Made by a program: the position numbers and the translations under genes
The notes under the pieces: generated by a model
Told to the model about the DNA's origin: nothing
The model's input: the letters and a program-made list of their open reading frames with translations, nothing else
Databases searched by the model: none
NCBI GenBank assembly: GCA_963749495.1
Contig: CAVVMW010000023.1
Location: 608,001-672,000 of the forward strand
Source: an uncultured bacterium
Lineage (GTDB): Bacteria; Verrucomicrobiota; Verrucomicrobiia; Limisphaerales; UBA8199
Length of the DNA: 64,000 nucleotides
Direction of reading: 5' to 3'
In this document: piece by piece, positions 8,507 through 18,642 of the stretch
How positions within the stretch are numbered: the first letter of the stretch is position 1
Layout: each line of letters opens with the position of its first letter

Positions 8507-11500
8507 TCATTCAAGGGTCATCGCCACGAGCACGTAGGATGCGTTGCCCTTGGTTGAAAGCAGGTCAACCTGTGAGATCTCCCAGTCAGGATGGGGGTTT
8601 GGCCAGGTGTATTCGAAGAGGCGGACGCACTTCTGGACTGAATTGGCGAGTGGATCGGCCCCGATCCAAGCCACCTGAGCCTGCTTCGGGGCAAACGGCC
8701 ATGAAGACCAGTCGCACGCAATCTGCACCAGGTCCTGGATGGTGATCTTTTCGATCTGACCGTTGGCGTATTTAACCAGCACGGACGCCATGGCCTGACC
8801 TTCGATTGCATCAGCCCATCTGGCGGTGTGCAACAGGTGCATCCTCTCGCAACGTTGGTGAACCTTGAGGCCGGCCACCTGTTCCGGCCCGTGGATGCCG
8901 TTCAGCTCGGCCTTCCGGCCGAATAATGTCACGACACCACGCACATCGAAACGGACTCCGGCCAACGTCTGCAAACCCACTCGGACTCCCTCCATCACCG
9001 GCCCGGTGTAGCAATCGGTCAAGTCAATCATGCGCGGGCCGGCTTGGGGGTCACGTGGTGGAATGGCGCGGCGCCGTTCGCTGTAACTCCGCGCTGACTC
9101 CGACGCTTTGGCCAGACACTTCAAGGCATACTCATGCCGCTCGGCGAACTCGAGGTTGGCGGGTTGCGCGGCTCGAAGCCTCTGCCAGTGAAACGCGGCA
9201 GCAGGCCAATCCCGCGCTCCTTGCGCCGCTTCGGCCTCGAGCCGGTGCCAGGCCAGGCAATCCACCGCGGAACCGCGGAAAAGGCCGGGGTATTTCGGAC
9301 TCAGCCTTTCCCAAGCCGGGGCGAGTTCCTCGAACTTGAGCGAGGTCCAGCCGCCGGTCCCATCCAGGCGGCTGCCGGAAAGAAGCTGGGCCAATTCGGC
9401 CGCGTCGGCGGGAGGCAAACCGGCCAATGGAAGTTTGACATTCTTGAACTCGTTCTCGTCGAGGGTATAGCGGCTGGGAATCAGCGGGGTGATGGGGGCG
9501 CCGGACGCGGCCTCCCAAACCTGCACCCTGGCCATTTCGCCTTCGACGATCACGAACCGGCTGGTGGCATCGAACCACATCTGCACGGGCACTGTCTTGA
9601 GGCTCATCGGGTGCAGCGGGACGTTCAAAGCGCCGGCCATGCTTTGCACGCGAATCAGGTTGTTCATTGCCTTGGAGAGAAAAACTCTTCCACGGGAGGC
9701 GACCTCAGCGGGCGACCCGCGCAACGGCCTCAATGACACTGGAGGTGACGGTTCCTGACGCAGGTCCCACACACAAGCGAGGAATTCCGGGTGCACGGTG
9801 AGGAAGTAACGCCCGCTGCCACTGAACGCGCTCACATCCGCAGAGGCGGCGTGACTGATCGACGGCGTGAGGGGTTGGCCTGTGTCGGCATCCCACACGC
9901 GCGCCAGGTTGTCCTCGGACGCCGTTGCCACGCGGCGGCCATCCGGGCTGAACTCACAGCGGCGCACCGCCTGGTCATGTGGCAGCGGCGGCGTGAGGGG
10001 CTGGCCGGTTGCGGTGTCCCAAATCCGCGCGGTCCGGTCGCGGCTGGCGGTCAGGAGCCGATCGCCGTTAGGACTGAAAGTTGCCCACATAAGCCACCAT
10101 GGATGCACCAACGGCTCGCCGATGGGAGCGGTTTGGAGTCTTGGCCCGGAGCCGGTTGCCGCCGGGACACCAAAGCCTGAACGATCATCCCCCCATTTCG
10201 AAATTCGCCCGCCGATCAACGCCACGTTTGCCTTCTGGCTGAAGTAGAAGGTGTTCATGGCCTCGGCGCCGCTCACCGGAAACGGCACGGCCTCTCCAGT
10301 GCTGGTGTCCCAAGCAAGGCAAACGAGGTCATTCGCGTCGCACGTAAACAGCCGGGTTCCGTCAGCGCTGAATTGCGCGCGCACGAGCTGATTCGCACGG
10401 ACCATGCGGGCCCCAATCGGTTTTCCCGTGACCACGTCCCACATCTGAAGTTCCTTCTCTTTGGGTTGTGTCATCAGTTTCTTGCCGCTCGGATCAAAGA
10501 CCGGCGCGAAGGCGCTGTTGTCCGCGCCTTCCATGCGGTGGGGCAAGGCGTCGATTACCTGAGCGCCGGTTGCGGGATCGAGCAAGCGGGCGGTATTGTC
10601 CACCAGCACGAGCAGCAGGCGCGCGCCGTCGGGGCTGAAGGAAAGGGCGATGGGCAACGCCGAGAGCGGCTTGGTTTTCATGAGCGGCTTGCCGCTCGGT
10701 ATTTCCCACACGCGCGCGGTCCGGTCTGAGCCGATGGTAGCGAGGCGGTCGTCGGTGGGACTGAAGGCGGCGCTGGCGATGGGCCGCCCATCGTGCGAGA
10801 TGAGCTGGACCAGCCTGGGGCATTGGGCGAGCACGGCGGCGATGCGCATCTGATGGATTTCCTGGCGCGCCGGTATTGCCTTATCGATCTCGAGCGCATC
10901 GGCGAACCAGAGGAGGGATTTGAAATAATCGCCGGCCTGCATGAGTTGCACGCCATTGAGGACGCGGAGTTGGGCCAACTCGCGCCGGTGCTCCTCGCTT
11001 TTGGCCTGGACGCGGCGCAGTTGGGTGAGCACGCCCGCCAATCCGAGCAGGAACACCAGCACCAGGCTGGCGGCCAGGGCCGCGATGACTGGCTTGCGCC
11101 GGCACCACCGCCAGGCCTTCTCGGTGGCGCCGGCGGGCCGTGCCAGGATCGGTTCATCGCGCAAGAAGCGGCCCATTTCATCGGCCAGTTCTTGCGCGCT
11201 CTGGTATCGGCGGCGGGGTTCTTTTTCGAGGCACTTGAGGCAAATGGTTTCGAGATCAGCCGGCGCGCTCGGGTTGAGCAAGCGCGGCCGCATGGCGTCC
11301 TGATGAATGACCTGGTCCACCGTGTCGGCCATCGTCTGCCCGACAAAGGGCGGACGGCCCGCGAGCAAGTGATAAAGAACGGCCCCCAGCGAATACACGT
11401 CGCTGGCGCGGCTCACCTCGCCCGGGTGGACGCCCGCCTGCTCGGGTGGCATGTAGTTTGGGGAGCCGAGAACCTCGCCCGACAGAGTGGGTGCGGAGTG

Positions 11501-12166
11501 CGGAGTGCGGAGTGCGGAATCTTCCAGCCGCTTGGCCAGACCGAAATCGGTGACATGCGGGACATTCAGCGCATCGATCAGGATATTCGAGGGTTTGATA
11601 TCGCGGTGCAGAATACCCTGTTCGTGGGCGTAATGGATGGCTTCGGCAACGGCTTTGACCCATTCCGCGGCCTGGCGGGGTGGAACGGGCTTCGCGCGCG
11701 CCATCTCGGTGAGGTTCTTGCCCTCGATGTAGTCCATCGAGAAATAATGAAAGCCCTCGTGCTGGCCGACCTCGTGTACGCCCACGATGCCCGGGTGGCG
11801 CAAATGCGCCGCCGCTTCCGCCTCGGCCTTGAACCGTTGCGTCGCGCCTTTCCCGGCGAACTGCCCTGCCAGGATCACCTTTACCGCGACGATGCGATTC
11901 AGGCTGGCCTGCCGCGCCTTATAGACGACCCCCATGCCCCCGCGCGCGATCTCCTCCAACAATTCATAGTCGCCAAAATAGGCGAGGCGCGGGGGCAGCG
12001 GGCTTGGCGCCTGTTGCTCCCCAGTGCCTTGCCCCGGGACAGCCGGCGCAGCGTCGTTCTCCGGCGCGCCCAGACCCCACTCCAGGAGGCAGCTCGGGCA
12101 CAGACCATCCGCCGCGTTGTCCGGCAGCGGCCGTCCGCACTCGTTGCACAGGCCCGCGCGCTTCAT
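8507..12166 (-). CDS. Hanks-type Ser/Thr protein kinase with N-terminal Zn ribbon, TM segment, WD40 repeats and C-terminal beta domain
   Basis: CNEC...CPSC; IARGGMGVVY, VAVK, HRDIKPSN, DFGLAK, GSPNYMPPE, SDVYSLG; repeated FSPDG...TAS.D.TARIWD. Confidence 0.95.
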   Translation of the reverse strand: MKRAGLCNECGRPLPDNAADGLCPSCLLEWGLGAPENDAAPAVPGQGTGEQQAPSPLPPRLAYFGDYELLEEIARGGMGVVYKARQASLNRIVAVKVILAGQFAGKGATQRFKAEAEAAAHLRHPGIVGVHEVGQHEGFHYFSMDYIEGKNLTEMARAKPVPPRQAAEWVKAVAEAIHYAHEQGILHRDIKPSNILIDALNVPHVTDFGLAKRLEDSALRTPHSAPTLSGEVLGSPNYMPPEQAGVHPGEVSRASDVYSLGAVLYHLLAGRPPFVGQTMADTVDQVIHQDAMRPRLLNPSAPADLETICLKCLEKEPRRRYQSAQELADEMGRFLRDEPILARPAGATEKAWRWCRRKPVIAALAASLVLVFLLGLAGVLTQLRRVQAKSEEHRRELAQLRVLNGVQLMQAGDYFKSLLWFADALEIDKAIPARQEIHQMRIAAVLAQCPRLVQLISHDGRPIASAAFSPTDDRLATIGSDRTARVWEIPSGKPLMKTKPLSALPIALSFSPDGARLLLVLVDNTARLLDPATGAQVIDALPHRMEGADNSAFAPVFDPSGKKLMTQPKEKELQMWDVVTGKPIGARMVRANQLVRAQFSADGTRLFTCDANDLVCLAWDTSTGEAVPFPVSGAEAMNTFYFSQKANVALIGGRISKWGDDRSGFGVPAATGSGPRLQTAPIGEPLVHPWWLMWATFSPNGDRLLTASRDRTARIWDTATGQPLTPPLPHDQAVRRCEFSPDGRRVATASEDNLARVWDADTGQPLTPSISHAASADVSAFSGSGRYFLTVHPEFLACVWDLRQEPSPPVSLRPLRGSPAEVASRGRVFLSKAMNNLIRVQSMAGALNVPLHPMSLKTVPVQMWFDATSRFVIVEGEMARVQVWEAASGAPITPLIPSRYTLDENEFKNVKLPLAGLPPADAAELAQLLSGSRLDGTGGWTSLKFEELAPAWERLSPKYPGLFRGSAVDCLAWHRLEAEAAQGARDWPAAAFHWQRLRAAQPANLEFAERHEYALKCLAKASESARSYSERRRAIPPRDPQAGPRMIDLTDCYTGPVMEGVRVGLQTLAGVRFDVRGVVTLFGRKAELNGIHGPEQVAGLKVHQRCERMHLLHTARWADAIEGQAMASVLVKYANGQIEKITIQDLVQIACDWSSWPFAPKQAQVAWIGADPLANSVQKCVRLFEYTWPNPHPDWEISQVDLLSTKGNASYVLVAMTLE

Positions 12167-12219
12167 ATTCTGCCCAAGGGTTCATGACCATTAGACCTGC
12201 GTTCGAAAGTAACCCGACA

Positions 12220-12286
12220 CGAGGGACGAGGGGCGAGGGTCGAGGGGCCGAGGTCCCTTCCCTCGACCCTCGCCCCTCGTCCCTCG
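12220..12286. repeat. Perfect 27-bp hairpin made of heptamer (CGAGGGN) units
   Basis: 12220-12246 is the reverse complement of 12260-12286. Confidence 0.85.
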
Positions 12287-12354
12287 GGTGTCTGGCTAGT
12301 TATGAACCGACGTCTAAACGTAAGTGAAAGAAACCCGGCAGAATGTTACAACGA

Positions 12355-12405
12355 ACTTTTCCTGTAACAAAGTGAAAGATTTCCGTCATCAGAACATTAG
12401 AAGCC
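12355..12405 (+). promoter_or_regulatory. Candidate ECF sigma promoter, copy A
   Basis: TGTAAC-N15-CGTCAT; 42/51 identical to 14118-14168. Confidence 0.6.
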
Positions 12406-12450
12406 ACTGTAACCGGTCAATGATCGGGGAGACGGAGTGCCGGGCAGACT

Positions 12451-12594
12451 CCTCACCCCGGCCCTCTCCCCTTCCAAAGGGGAGAGGGAGAGGCGTCGGC
12501 AGTCTCTAGAACTTGCGTACGTCTGTGGTCGCTCGAGCCGCTGCGGAGAATTCTCCCTCTCCCCATCCGATGGGGAGAGGGCCGGGGTGAGGGG
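12451..12594. repeat. REP doublet/MITE-like palindrome (CCTCACCCCRGCCCTCTCCC...GGGAGAGGG), copy 1
   Basis: Two inverted hairpin units; related copies at 25561 and 45349. Confidence 0.85.
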
Positions 12595-12802
12595 TCTGCC
12601 CCCGTGAGACTCCCCCCTTCACGGAGGCCTTACAAGTCGCTTGCGGCGGGTGATCGGAAAGTGGACAATGAACCTGGAGCGGATTATGCAAGCACGCTCG
12701 CCGAATGCGGGACTTGAGCAACGGCCAACCCGGCGCGGAACGCGGAATTCGTTGTGCCAGCCGGCGGGGCGCCTTCGCCGCCATCACCGGCGAGGTCCAG
12801 GA

Positions 12803-13639
12803 ATGCGGAGCGGCTTCACCTTGATCGAACTGCTGGTCGTCATCGCGATCATCGCGATTTTGGCGGGCCTGCTCCTGCCCGCGCTCTCGAAAGCCAAGGC
12901 CGGCGCCCAATCCGCAGCCTGCAAGAACAACCTCAAGCAGCTTCAGCTCGCGTGGCAGCTCTATGCCGACGACAACAAAGGCCATATCGTCGGAGACGAC
13001 GTTGGATTTCTTTCCGGCTACGCGCAGAATATGGACGGCTGGGTCTTGGGCAACGCCCAGTTTGACCAAACCGACGAGAACCTCAGGGCCGGCAAACTGT
13101 GGAAATACACATGCGCGACAGGGCTCTACCGCTGTCCCAGCGACCGGTCCACCGTGCGGGGTCGTCCCGATTTGCTTCGTTTCCGCAGCTACTCCGCAGA
13201 AATGACGCTCAATTTAGCGTTTGCTCCTGGAAGCGCCGGTGCGGGCGGCTGGTCACCGGGGGAGCTGCAGGCTGGATGCAACCTCCTCAGCGAGTTCAAT
13301 GCCTACGCCCCCGCAAGCAACTTTTGCTTTCTGGACGAGTCAGAGCAGTCAATTTGTAGTGGTGCATTTTACTTATGGAACGAGGGCGACTGGTTAGGCG
13401 GTCCGTGGGAATGGGGTGACCTGCCCGGAGAGCGCCATGGACGTGGCGCTAACTTGAGTTTTCTCGACGGTCATGTGGGGAGCCATCGGTGGCTCTACAC
13501 GCCGAAGCATCTCCTGGTTTACGGGGGGGTGCAGCCTTTTGCGAACAACCTGGACCAGCAGGATTTCATGTGGTTACTGGATCGGTCCCACGAAGGCCAG
13601 ATCCGCGAGAAAACCCTGGGCCTCCCCTTCCCCCCATAA
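12803..13639 (+). CDS. Prepilin-type DUF1559 / H-X9-DG protein (copy 2)
   Basis: [30 protein letters not shown]...[29 protein letters not shown]. Start could be upstream (12668 or 12686). Confidence 0.93.
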   Translation: MRSGFTLIELLVVIAIIAILAGLLLPALSKAKAGAQSAACKNNLKQLQLAWQLYADDNKGHIVGDDVGFLSGYAQNMDGWVLGNAQFDQTDENLRAGKLWKYTCATGLYRCPSDRSTVRGRPDLLRFRSYSAEMTLNLAFAPGSAGAGGWSPGELQAGCNLLSEFNAYAPASNFCFLDESEQSICSGAFYLWNEGDWLGGPWEWGDLPGERHGRGANLSFLDGHVGSHRWLYTPKHLLVYGGVQPFANNLDQQDFMWLLDRSHEGQIREKTLGLPFPP

Positions 13640-13821
13640 CACGAAAGGCAAACCCGGCGATGAATCGCTGGGCTGGTATCTTCCGTCCGTTCAGGACTTG
13701 TCAGAGGCTTAAGGAGGGTTCTTCCGGAAAGGTCCTGCCCGCAAATAGGTGTGGCGCCTTCATCGGGTGACCCCCTGTTCCACGTCCCGGCCGCCTCCTC
13801 GGAGTCACCGGCGTAGCGCCT

Positions 13822-14035
13822 GCGTCGCGTAGCGACGCGCTGAAGGTAGCCGTGGACCTCGGTCCACGGGGTTGGGATGTGGGAATGGCCCCGCGTCGCG
13901 TAGCGACGCCTGAGGGTCTGGCGGTGGGCCAAATCGAATCCTGTTCTCAAGCGTCGCTACGCAACGCAGATGAGCTTGGGCCATGGATCCGTGGACTGGA
14001 AGTCCACGGCTACCATCAAGCACCGCTACGCGGTG
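13822..14035. repeat. REP-type palindrome cluster (GCGTCGCGTAGCGACGC; GGTAGCCGTGGAC...GTCCACGG)
   Basis: Nested hairpins arranged as an inverted doublet in an intergenic region. Confidence 0.8.
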
Positions 14036-14117
14036 ACGCGGGCTCCCGGCAAGCCCAGTATTGGTCCTCAGATTCCTTGGCCTTCATGACTCCAGGCAGC
14101 AGCTTCCCGGATGAGCC

Positions 14118-14168
14118 ACTTTTCCTGTAACAAAACGAAGGTTTTCCTTCATTACCACATTGGAAGCC
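14118..14168 (+). promoter_or_regulatory. Candidate ECF sigma promoter, copy B
   Basis: TGTAAC-N15-CTTCAT; ends 58 nt before ATG 14227. Confidence 0.6.
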
Positions 14169-14226
14169 GATTCCGGCGGCTGGCGCGCCGGTCGGCGAAC
14201 CAGTTCAAAACGAAAGACCACAAACT

Positions 14227-15649
14227 ATGAAAACGAACATTGCTCATTCAAATCGCGCCGGACGGTGGTTCGGCGGCGGGTACATGATGAAACCCGATAG
14301 TCTTTCCCGGCGAGTGGCCGGGAATTTGCCGGGCGTCCTGCTGGGGCTGGCCGTCCTGCCTCTGGCCGCCCTCGGCCAGGCCAATTACGCCACACCCTAC
14401 ACCTTCATCACCCTGGCCGGACGGGCGGGCACTTCTGGCAGCGCGGACGGGACCGGGAGCGCCGTGCGGTTCAACGCTCCTGGAGGGGCGAAGCTCGATA
14501 GCACGGGCAACCTGTATGTGGCAGATTCCGGCAACCACACGATCCGCAAAGTGACGCCGACAGGAGTGGTGACGACGTTGGCCGGATTGGCGGGCAGTGC
14601 TGGGAGCGCGGACGGGATGAATAGCGGTGCGCGGTTTAATGCACCCATCGCCGCGGCGGTCGATAGCGCGGGCAACCTCTATGTGAGCGACTGGAACAAC
14701 AACACCATCCGGAAAGTAACGCCGCTTGGGACAAACTGGGTCGTGACGACGCTGGCCGGCCAGGCGGGCAATCCGGGCAGCGCGGACGGGACGAATAGCG
14801 CCGCGCGGTTTAACCATCCCAGCGACGTGGCGGTGGACACAAACGGCAACGTCTATGTGAGCGACTGGAACAACAACACCATCCGGAAAGTAACGCCGCT
14901 TGGGACAAACTGGGTGGTGACGACTCTGGCCGGACTGGCGGGCAGTTCTGGCAGCGCAGACGGGACGAACAGCGCCGCGCGGTTTAACGGTCCCAGCAGC
15001 GTGGCCGTGGATAGCGCAGGCAACGTCTATGTGAGCGCGTGGAACAACAACACGATCCGGAAAGTAACGCCGCTTGGGACAAACTGGGTGGTGACGACTC
15101 TGGCCGGACTGGCGGGCAGTTCTGGCAGCGCAGACGGGACGAACAGCCCCGCGCGGTTTAATGCCCCTGCCGACGCGGCGGTGGACAGCGGGGGCAACGT
15201 CTATGTGAGCGAATTTGGCAACAGCACGATCCGGAAAATGACGCCGGTTGGGACAAACTGGGTGGTGATCACGCTGGCCGGCCTGGCAGACAGTACCTGG
15301 CAGCGCGGACGGGACAGGGAGCGCCGCGCGCTTCAATCAACCTCAATCCGTGGCGGTGGACAGCGCGGGCAACCTGTATGTCGCGGACACCTCCAACGAC
15401 ACGATTCGGAAAGGATTTCCCGCCAGCTCCGTGCCGGCGCCGATTTTACAGCCGCCGAGCCTGAGCGGCGGCCTGTTTGGTTTTGGAATCACCGGTCTTC
15501 CCGGCCTGGCGGTGAACATCGAGTCTTCAGGCGATTTGTCCCAGTGGCAGGTGGTCGGCGGCATCTATATCCTCAATGGCGGGACGAATTACTATGTCAA
15601 TACCTCCCCATCCCAGAGCGCCCAGTTCTACCGCGCCCATGTGCGCTGA
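14227..15649 (+). CDS. Secreted NHL-repeat beta-propeller protein with C-terminal S-x-D-L-x-x-W...FYR domain (frameshift ~15295)
   Basis: Signal peptide ending ALG-Q; ~180-bp repeats (ARFN.P..VAVDSAGNVYVSDWNNNTIRKVTP); one extra base in ACAGTACCTGG versus repeat consensus GCAGTTCTGG; true end lies in the 15350..15649 frame. Confidence 0.88.
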
Positions 15650-15819
15650 CCCGCTGGAGCTTGGGGCCGGGCGGGTGAGTCGCGGAGCGTTTTGTGAATG
15701 CCAAGGGCAAGGACGCCCAGGAAGCGAAGAAGGAGGGCAGCTTCGGACCAAAACCGCGGGCCTTCCGCTCTGGAAGGCGCTTGGCGATGCGTTCGGTCCC
15801 GTCTTTCAGGTACGGGTGC

Positions 15820-16038
15820 TCACAACAGGTTGACGAATTCTTCCGTTGTAAGGCCCGCTTCCCGGATCAGGGCCCGCAAGGTCCCTTTGGCAAGCTCCCG
15901 GTGATTAGGCACCGTAAGCCGGCGCATTTGGGGCTCGCGCAGAATGATGTGGCTGCCGGTCTGGTGGTCCACCTCATAGCCCAGCTTCTGGAAAGCGCGG
16001 ATAGCGTCTTGGGCGGAGCAAACGGGCAGCCGACTCAT
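15820..16038 (-). CDS. hicA: HicA family toxin
   Basis: MSRLP...AFQKLGY...QTGSHIIL...LTVPNHRELAKGTLRALIREAGL. Confidence 0.93.
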   Translation of the reverse strand: MSRLPVCSAQDAIRAFQKLGYEVDHQTGSHIILREPQMRRLTVPNHRELAKGTLRALIREAGLTTEEFVNLL

Positions 16039-16247
16039 GCGGAAATCTCGACGATCTCCTCGCTGATGGGCGGGGGCACTGGCTCGCCGTGTTTCTTGAG
16101 GCTGGCCAGATACCCGGTCATGGCATCTTTGATGTTGGCCAGGGCCTCGGCCCGGGTTTTGCCTTGCGAGATGCAGCCAGGCAGCGCAGGACACTCCGCC
16201 ACGAACACTCCGTCCTCATCCGGCGCAATCACCACTCGATATTTCAT
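16035..16247 (-). CDS. hicB: HicB family antitoxin (short, no DNA-binding domain)
   Basis: YRVVIAPDEDGVFVAECPALPGCISQGKTRAEALANIKDA; ATGA overlap with hicA. Confidence 0.93.
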   Translation of the reverse strand: MKYRVVIAPDEDGVFVAECPALPGCISQGKTRAEALANIKDAMTGYLASLKKHGEPVPPPISEEIVEISA

Positions 16248-16325
16248 GTTCATAAATTGGGGGGACTGCTTGGAGAAGTCAACCCGGGGGAACAAGAGCG
16301 TGTTTGGAAAGTCGCCTGAGTGAGG

Positions 16326-16406
16326 ACCTTGGTCGCAACCTTTGTCGAAACCTTTGTCGGATTGGCCTTTCCTCGACAAAGGTTGCGACAAAGGCTGCGA
16401 TAAAAG
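16326..16406. repeat. Inverted array of 12-bp ACCTTTGTCGNN units, copy 1
   Basis: CCTTTGTCG units facing CGACAAAGG units; inverted sister copy at 35968-36048. Confidence 0.8.
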
Positions 16407-16435
16407 CTCGAAATCGGAGCTTTCCAAACGCCCTC

Positions 16436-17206
16436 TTAGTCCCGCATGACCTCGATGAGATGCCCGAGTTCTCCATCGATCTCGGCCGGCGCGGACACGG
16501 TGTGGGCTATCTCGGTGCGCAGGAGTTGGCGGTAGGTCGCCTTCAATCGGTGCAGTTCGACCCGCAGCGCGCCTTCGTTCATGCCCAGCTCGCCCGCGAC
16601 CTCGGCATAGGACCTTCTCTCATGGCCTCCCGGCAGGAGGCTGGCCAGCTTCTCGAAACGCTCGGGCTTGCCCGCCCTCTCGAAGTGCTCGCGCAGTTGT
16701 TCGCGGACGCGCGCCAGCAGCGTCATCGCCCAGGCGCGTTCGAAGATTTTTTCGGGAGTGAGGGGAGTGCTCGGCTCAAGCTGATACCGCTTCTCAGCCG
16801 TGATTTCATCAAGCGAAATGTGAACCAGACGGCCACCGCGCTTGAGGGATCTTGCGCGCTCGCGCTGGTTGGACAGGAAATGTTTTAGCGCGCCGAGCAA
16901 AAACCATCGGAACTTGCCTTTGTTGGGATCCGCGCGGTCCAGGTAATTCCGCTCGAGCAGGCGCGCGAAAAACTCCTGCGTAAGGTCCTGGGCATCCTCG
17001 ACGCTCGCGCCTTGTCTTCGAGTGAAGGCGTAAAGCGGATACCAGTAGGTTTGGCAGAGCTGCGCCAGGGCATCGGCCTGCTGGGCGGACGGCGCCTCGC
17101 CGGCGCTCAGCACGACGGCCCACCGGGTGGTGGCAAAAATCGGCGACCGCGCTCCCGCGGTGGACGTTCGGTCTTCCCAGCTCTCATATTTTGCATTTTC
17201 GCTCAT
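16436..17206 (-). CDS. ECF sigma-70 factor of the kinase-associated PVC type
   Basis: FATTRWAVV, LCQTYWYPLYAF, DAQDLTQEFF, GKFRWFL (sigma2); FERAWA; SYAEVAGELGMNEGALRVELHRL (sigma4). Confidence 0.92.
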   Translation of the reverse strand: MSENAKYESWEDRTSTAGARSPIFATTRWAVVLSAGEAPSAQQADALAQLCQTYWYPLYAFTRRQGASVEDAQDLTQEFFARLLERNYLDRADPNKGKFRWFLLGALKHFLSNQRERARSLKRGGRLVHISLDEITAEKRYQLEPSTPLTPEKIFERAWAMTLLARVREQLREHFERAGKPERFEKLASLLPGGHERRSYAEVAGELGMNEGALRVELHRLKATYRQLLRTEIAHTVSAPAEIDGELGHLIEVMRD

Positions 17207-17265
17207 GCCCGAAGCCGCTCGCCATTAACGATCCTTGCTGGTTTGCCAGGCCAGTTTTAGCATTT

Positions 17266-17382
17266 GGTGACGTGGCAGCGGCCGCCGGGCCGCTCGATGC
17301 GCAATGCGCGTGCCATGACACGAGCAGAGCAGCGCCACAGGGCAGGGTCAAGCCAAAATGTCAATTTTTGAGATGTGACCCC
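17266..17382 (-). mobile_element. Truncated second copy of the RAYT 5' end
   Basis: Near-identical to 8209-8314 plus 8492-8502; contains the first ~17 codons, the promoter and the GAGATGTGACCCC end. Confidence 0.88.
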
Positions 17383-17450
17383 TTCGATTAAAGAGATGCG
17401 GTTATGAGGAACTGACCCCTTCACGGTTCACAAGGGCTCCCAACTTCCCC

Positions 17451-17478
17451 TTGCGAACGCCCGAAAAATGAGTATAGT
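17451..17478 (+). promoter_or_regulatory. Candidate sigma70 promoter for prepilin copy 3
   Basis: TTGCGA-N16-TATAGT upstream of ATG 17539. Confidence 0.5.
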
Positions 17479-17538
17479 TTCTTCCATGACCTCCATAAGA
17501 GAAAGGTGTGCGCGGTGTGTTCAAACCGTGCAAATAAA

Positions 17539-18459
17539 ATGAGGACGCGAAGGAGTAGAGCACGAAACAGCGGCTTGCGCTCGCGCAAGGGATTCACCTT
17601 GATCGAACTGCTGGTGGTCGTCGCGATTATCGCCATCCTGGCGGCGATGCTCCTGCCCGCATTGGGCCGGGCCAAAGAGAAGGCCTGGGGCATCCAGTGC
17701 ATGTCGAATCACCGTCAACTGGCCTTGGGCTGGCGCATGTACGCAGAGGACAACCGCGACACGCTCATCTGGGCCAGCGGGCAGGATGTGGCGATGGACG
17801 CGGCGCAAGAGGCCACGCTGGCGAACAATCCCCTGGATAAATATAGCTGGACCTTCACACAGATGGACTTCAATCCCGCCAACCAGGCGGCGTGGGACCC
17901 CTCAATCGATCTCCAGACCCGTCCCTTGTGGCAATTCCTCAAGAATGCCGCGGTTTATAAATGTCCGGCCGACCATTCCTACATAACGGTCAACGGAAAG
18001 AACATGCCCCGCGTTCGGACGATTTCCATGAACCTCTACCTGGGAGGATTCGGAGGCCCGAACGAATCGAACCTGGGTTGGGCGAAGAATTGCACGGTGT
18101 TTTTCAAGATGGGCGACCTCGCGTTCGGGCGAGCAGCTCCTGGACCAGCCAAGACGTTCGTGTTCCTGGATGAGCGGGAGGACTGCGTGAACTGGGGCAA
18201 TTTCGAGACCGACATGACGGGCTACCCGAATTCGGGGCCGTTCCAGTTCTACCAGGATTTGCCCGGGAATTACCATAGTTTGTCGGCCGGCTTCTCGTTT
18301 GCTGATGGGCACTCGGAGTTGCACCGGTGGAGAGAATGGCCCGCGACCGAACCCATTACCCGGCAGCAAGCCACGTGGATCTCGGCTGGAGCCGTCCAGG
18401 ACAAGGCGCCATATGCCGATGTCAAATGGTTGCAGGACCATACCACCAGACCGAAATAG
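17539..18459 (+). CDS. Prepilin-type DUF1559 / H-X9-DG protein (copy 3)
   Basis: [30 protein letters not shown]...[30 protein letters not shown]. Confidence 0.93.
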   Translation: MRTRRSRARNSGLRSRKGFTLIELLVVVAIIAILAAMLLPALGRAKEKAWGIQCMSNHRQLALGWRMYAEDNRDTLIWASGQDVAMDAAQEATLANNPLDKYSWTFTQMDFNPANQAAWDPSIDLQTRPLWQFLKNAAVYKCPADHSYITVNGKNMPRVRTISMNLYLGGFGGPNESNLGWAKNCTVFFKMGDLAFGRAAPGPAKTFVFLDEREDCVNWGNFETDMTGYPNSGPFQFYQDLPGNYHSLSAGFSFADGHSELHRWREWPATEPITRQQATWISAGAVQDKAPYADVKWLQDHTTRPK

Positions 18460-18482
18460 ACCTCGGACATCCTGCACGGGGA

Positions 18483-18622
18483 CCATGAACCGGAAGGGCG
18501 TCGCCGGGCGCGAAGCGTTTTGGACTGCGGCAGTCCTCTGCCGCTTTTTGGACCCTGGGGGCACGAAAGCGCCAGAGGACTGGCGCAGTCCAAAACCTTG
18601 CGGGCTTGGGGTCGGTTCATGG
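18483..18622. repeat. REP-type inverted repeat between convergent genes
   Basis: GTTTTGGACTGCGGCAGTCCTCTGCCGCTTT versus AAAGCGCCAGAGGACTGGCGCAGTCCAAAAC; outer arms CCATGAACCG / CGGTTCATGG. Confidence 0.85.
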
Positions 18623-18642
18623 CGAGGGCCATTCTCTTTCAC

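Noticed and set aside
14440..15400. ~180-bp near-identical tandem repeats as a CRISPR array or DGR template
   Set aside because: They are in-frame NHL coding repeats with no unique spacers, and no cas or reverse transcriptase gene is in the window.
15296..15678. Arg-rich C-terminus of ORF 14227..15678
   Set aside because: Out-of-frame read-through after the frameshift.
16326..16406. 12-bp repeat arrays (also 35968-36048) as mini-CRISPR or iterons
   Set aside because: Inverted arrangement, no spacers and no rep gene.
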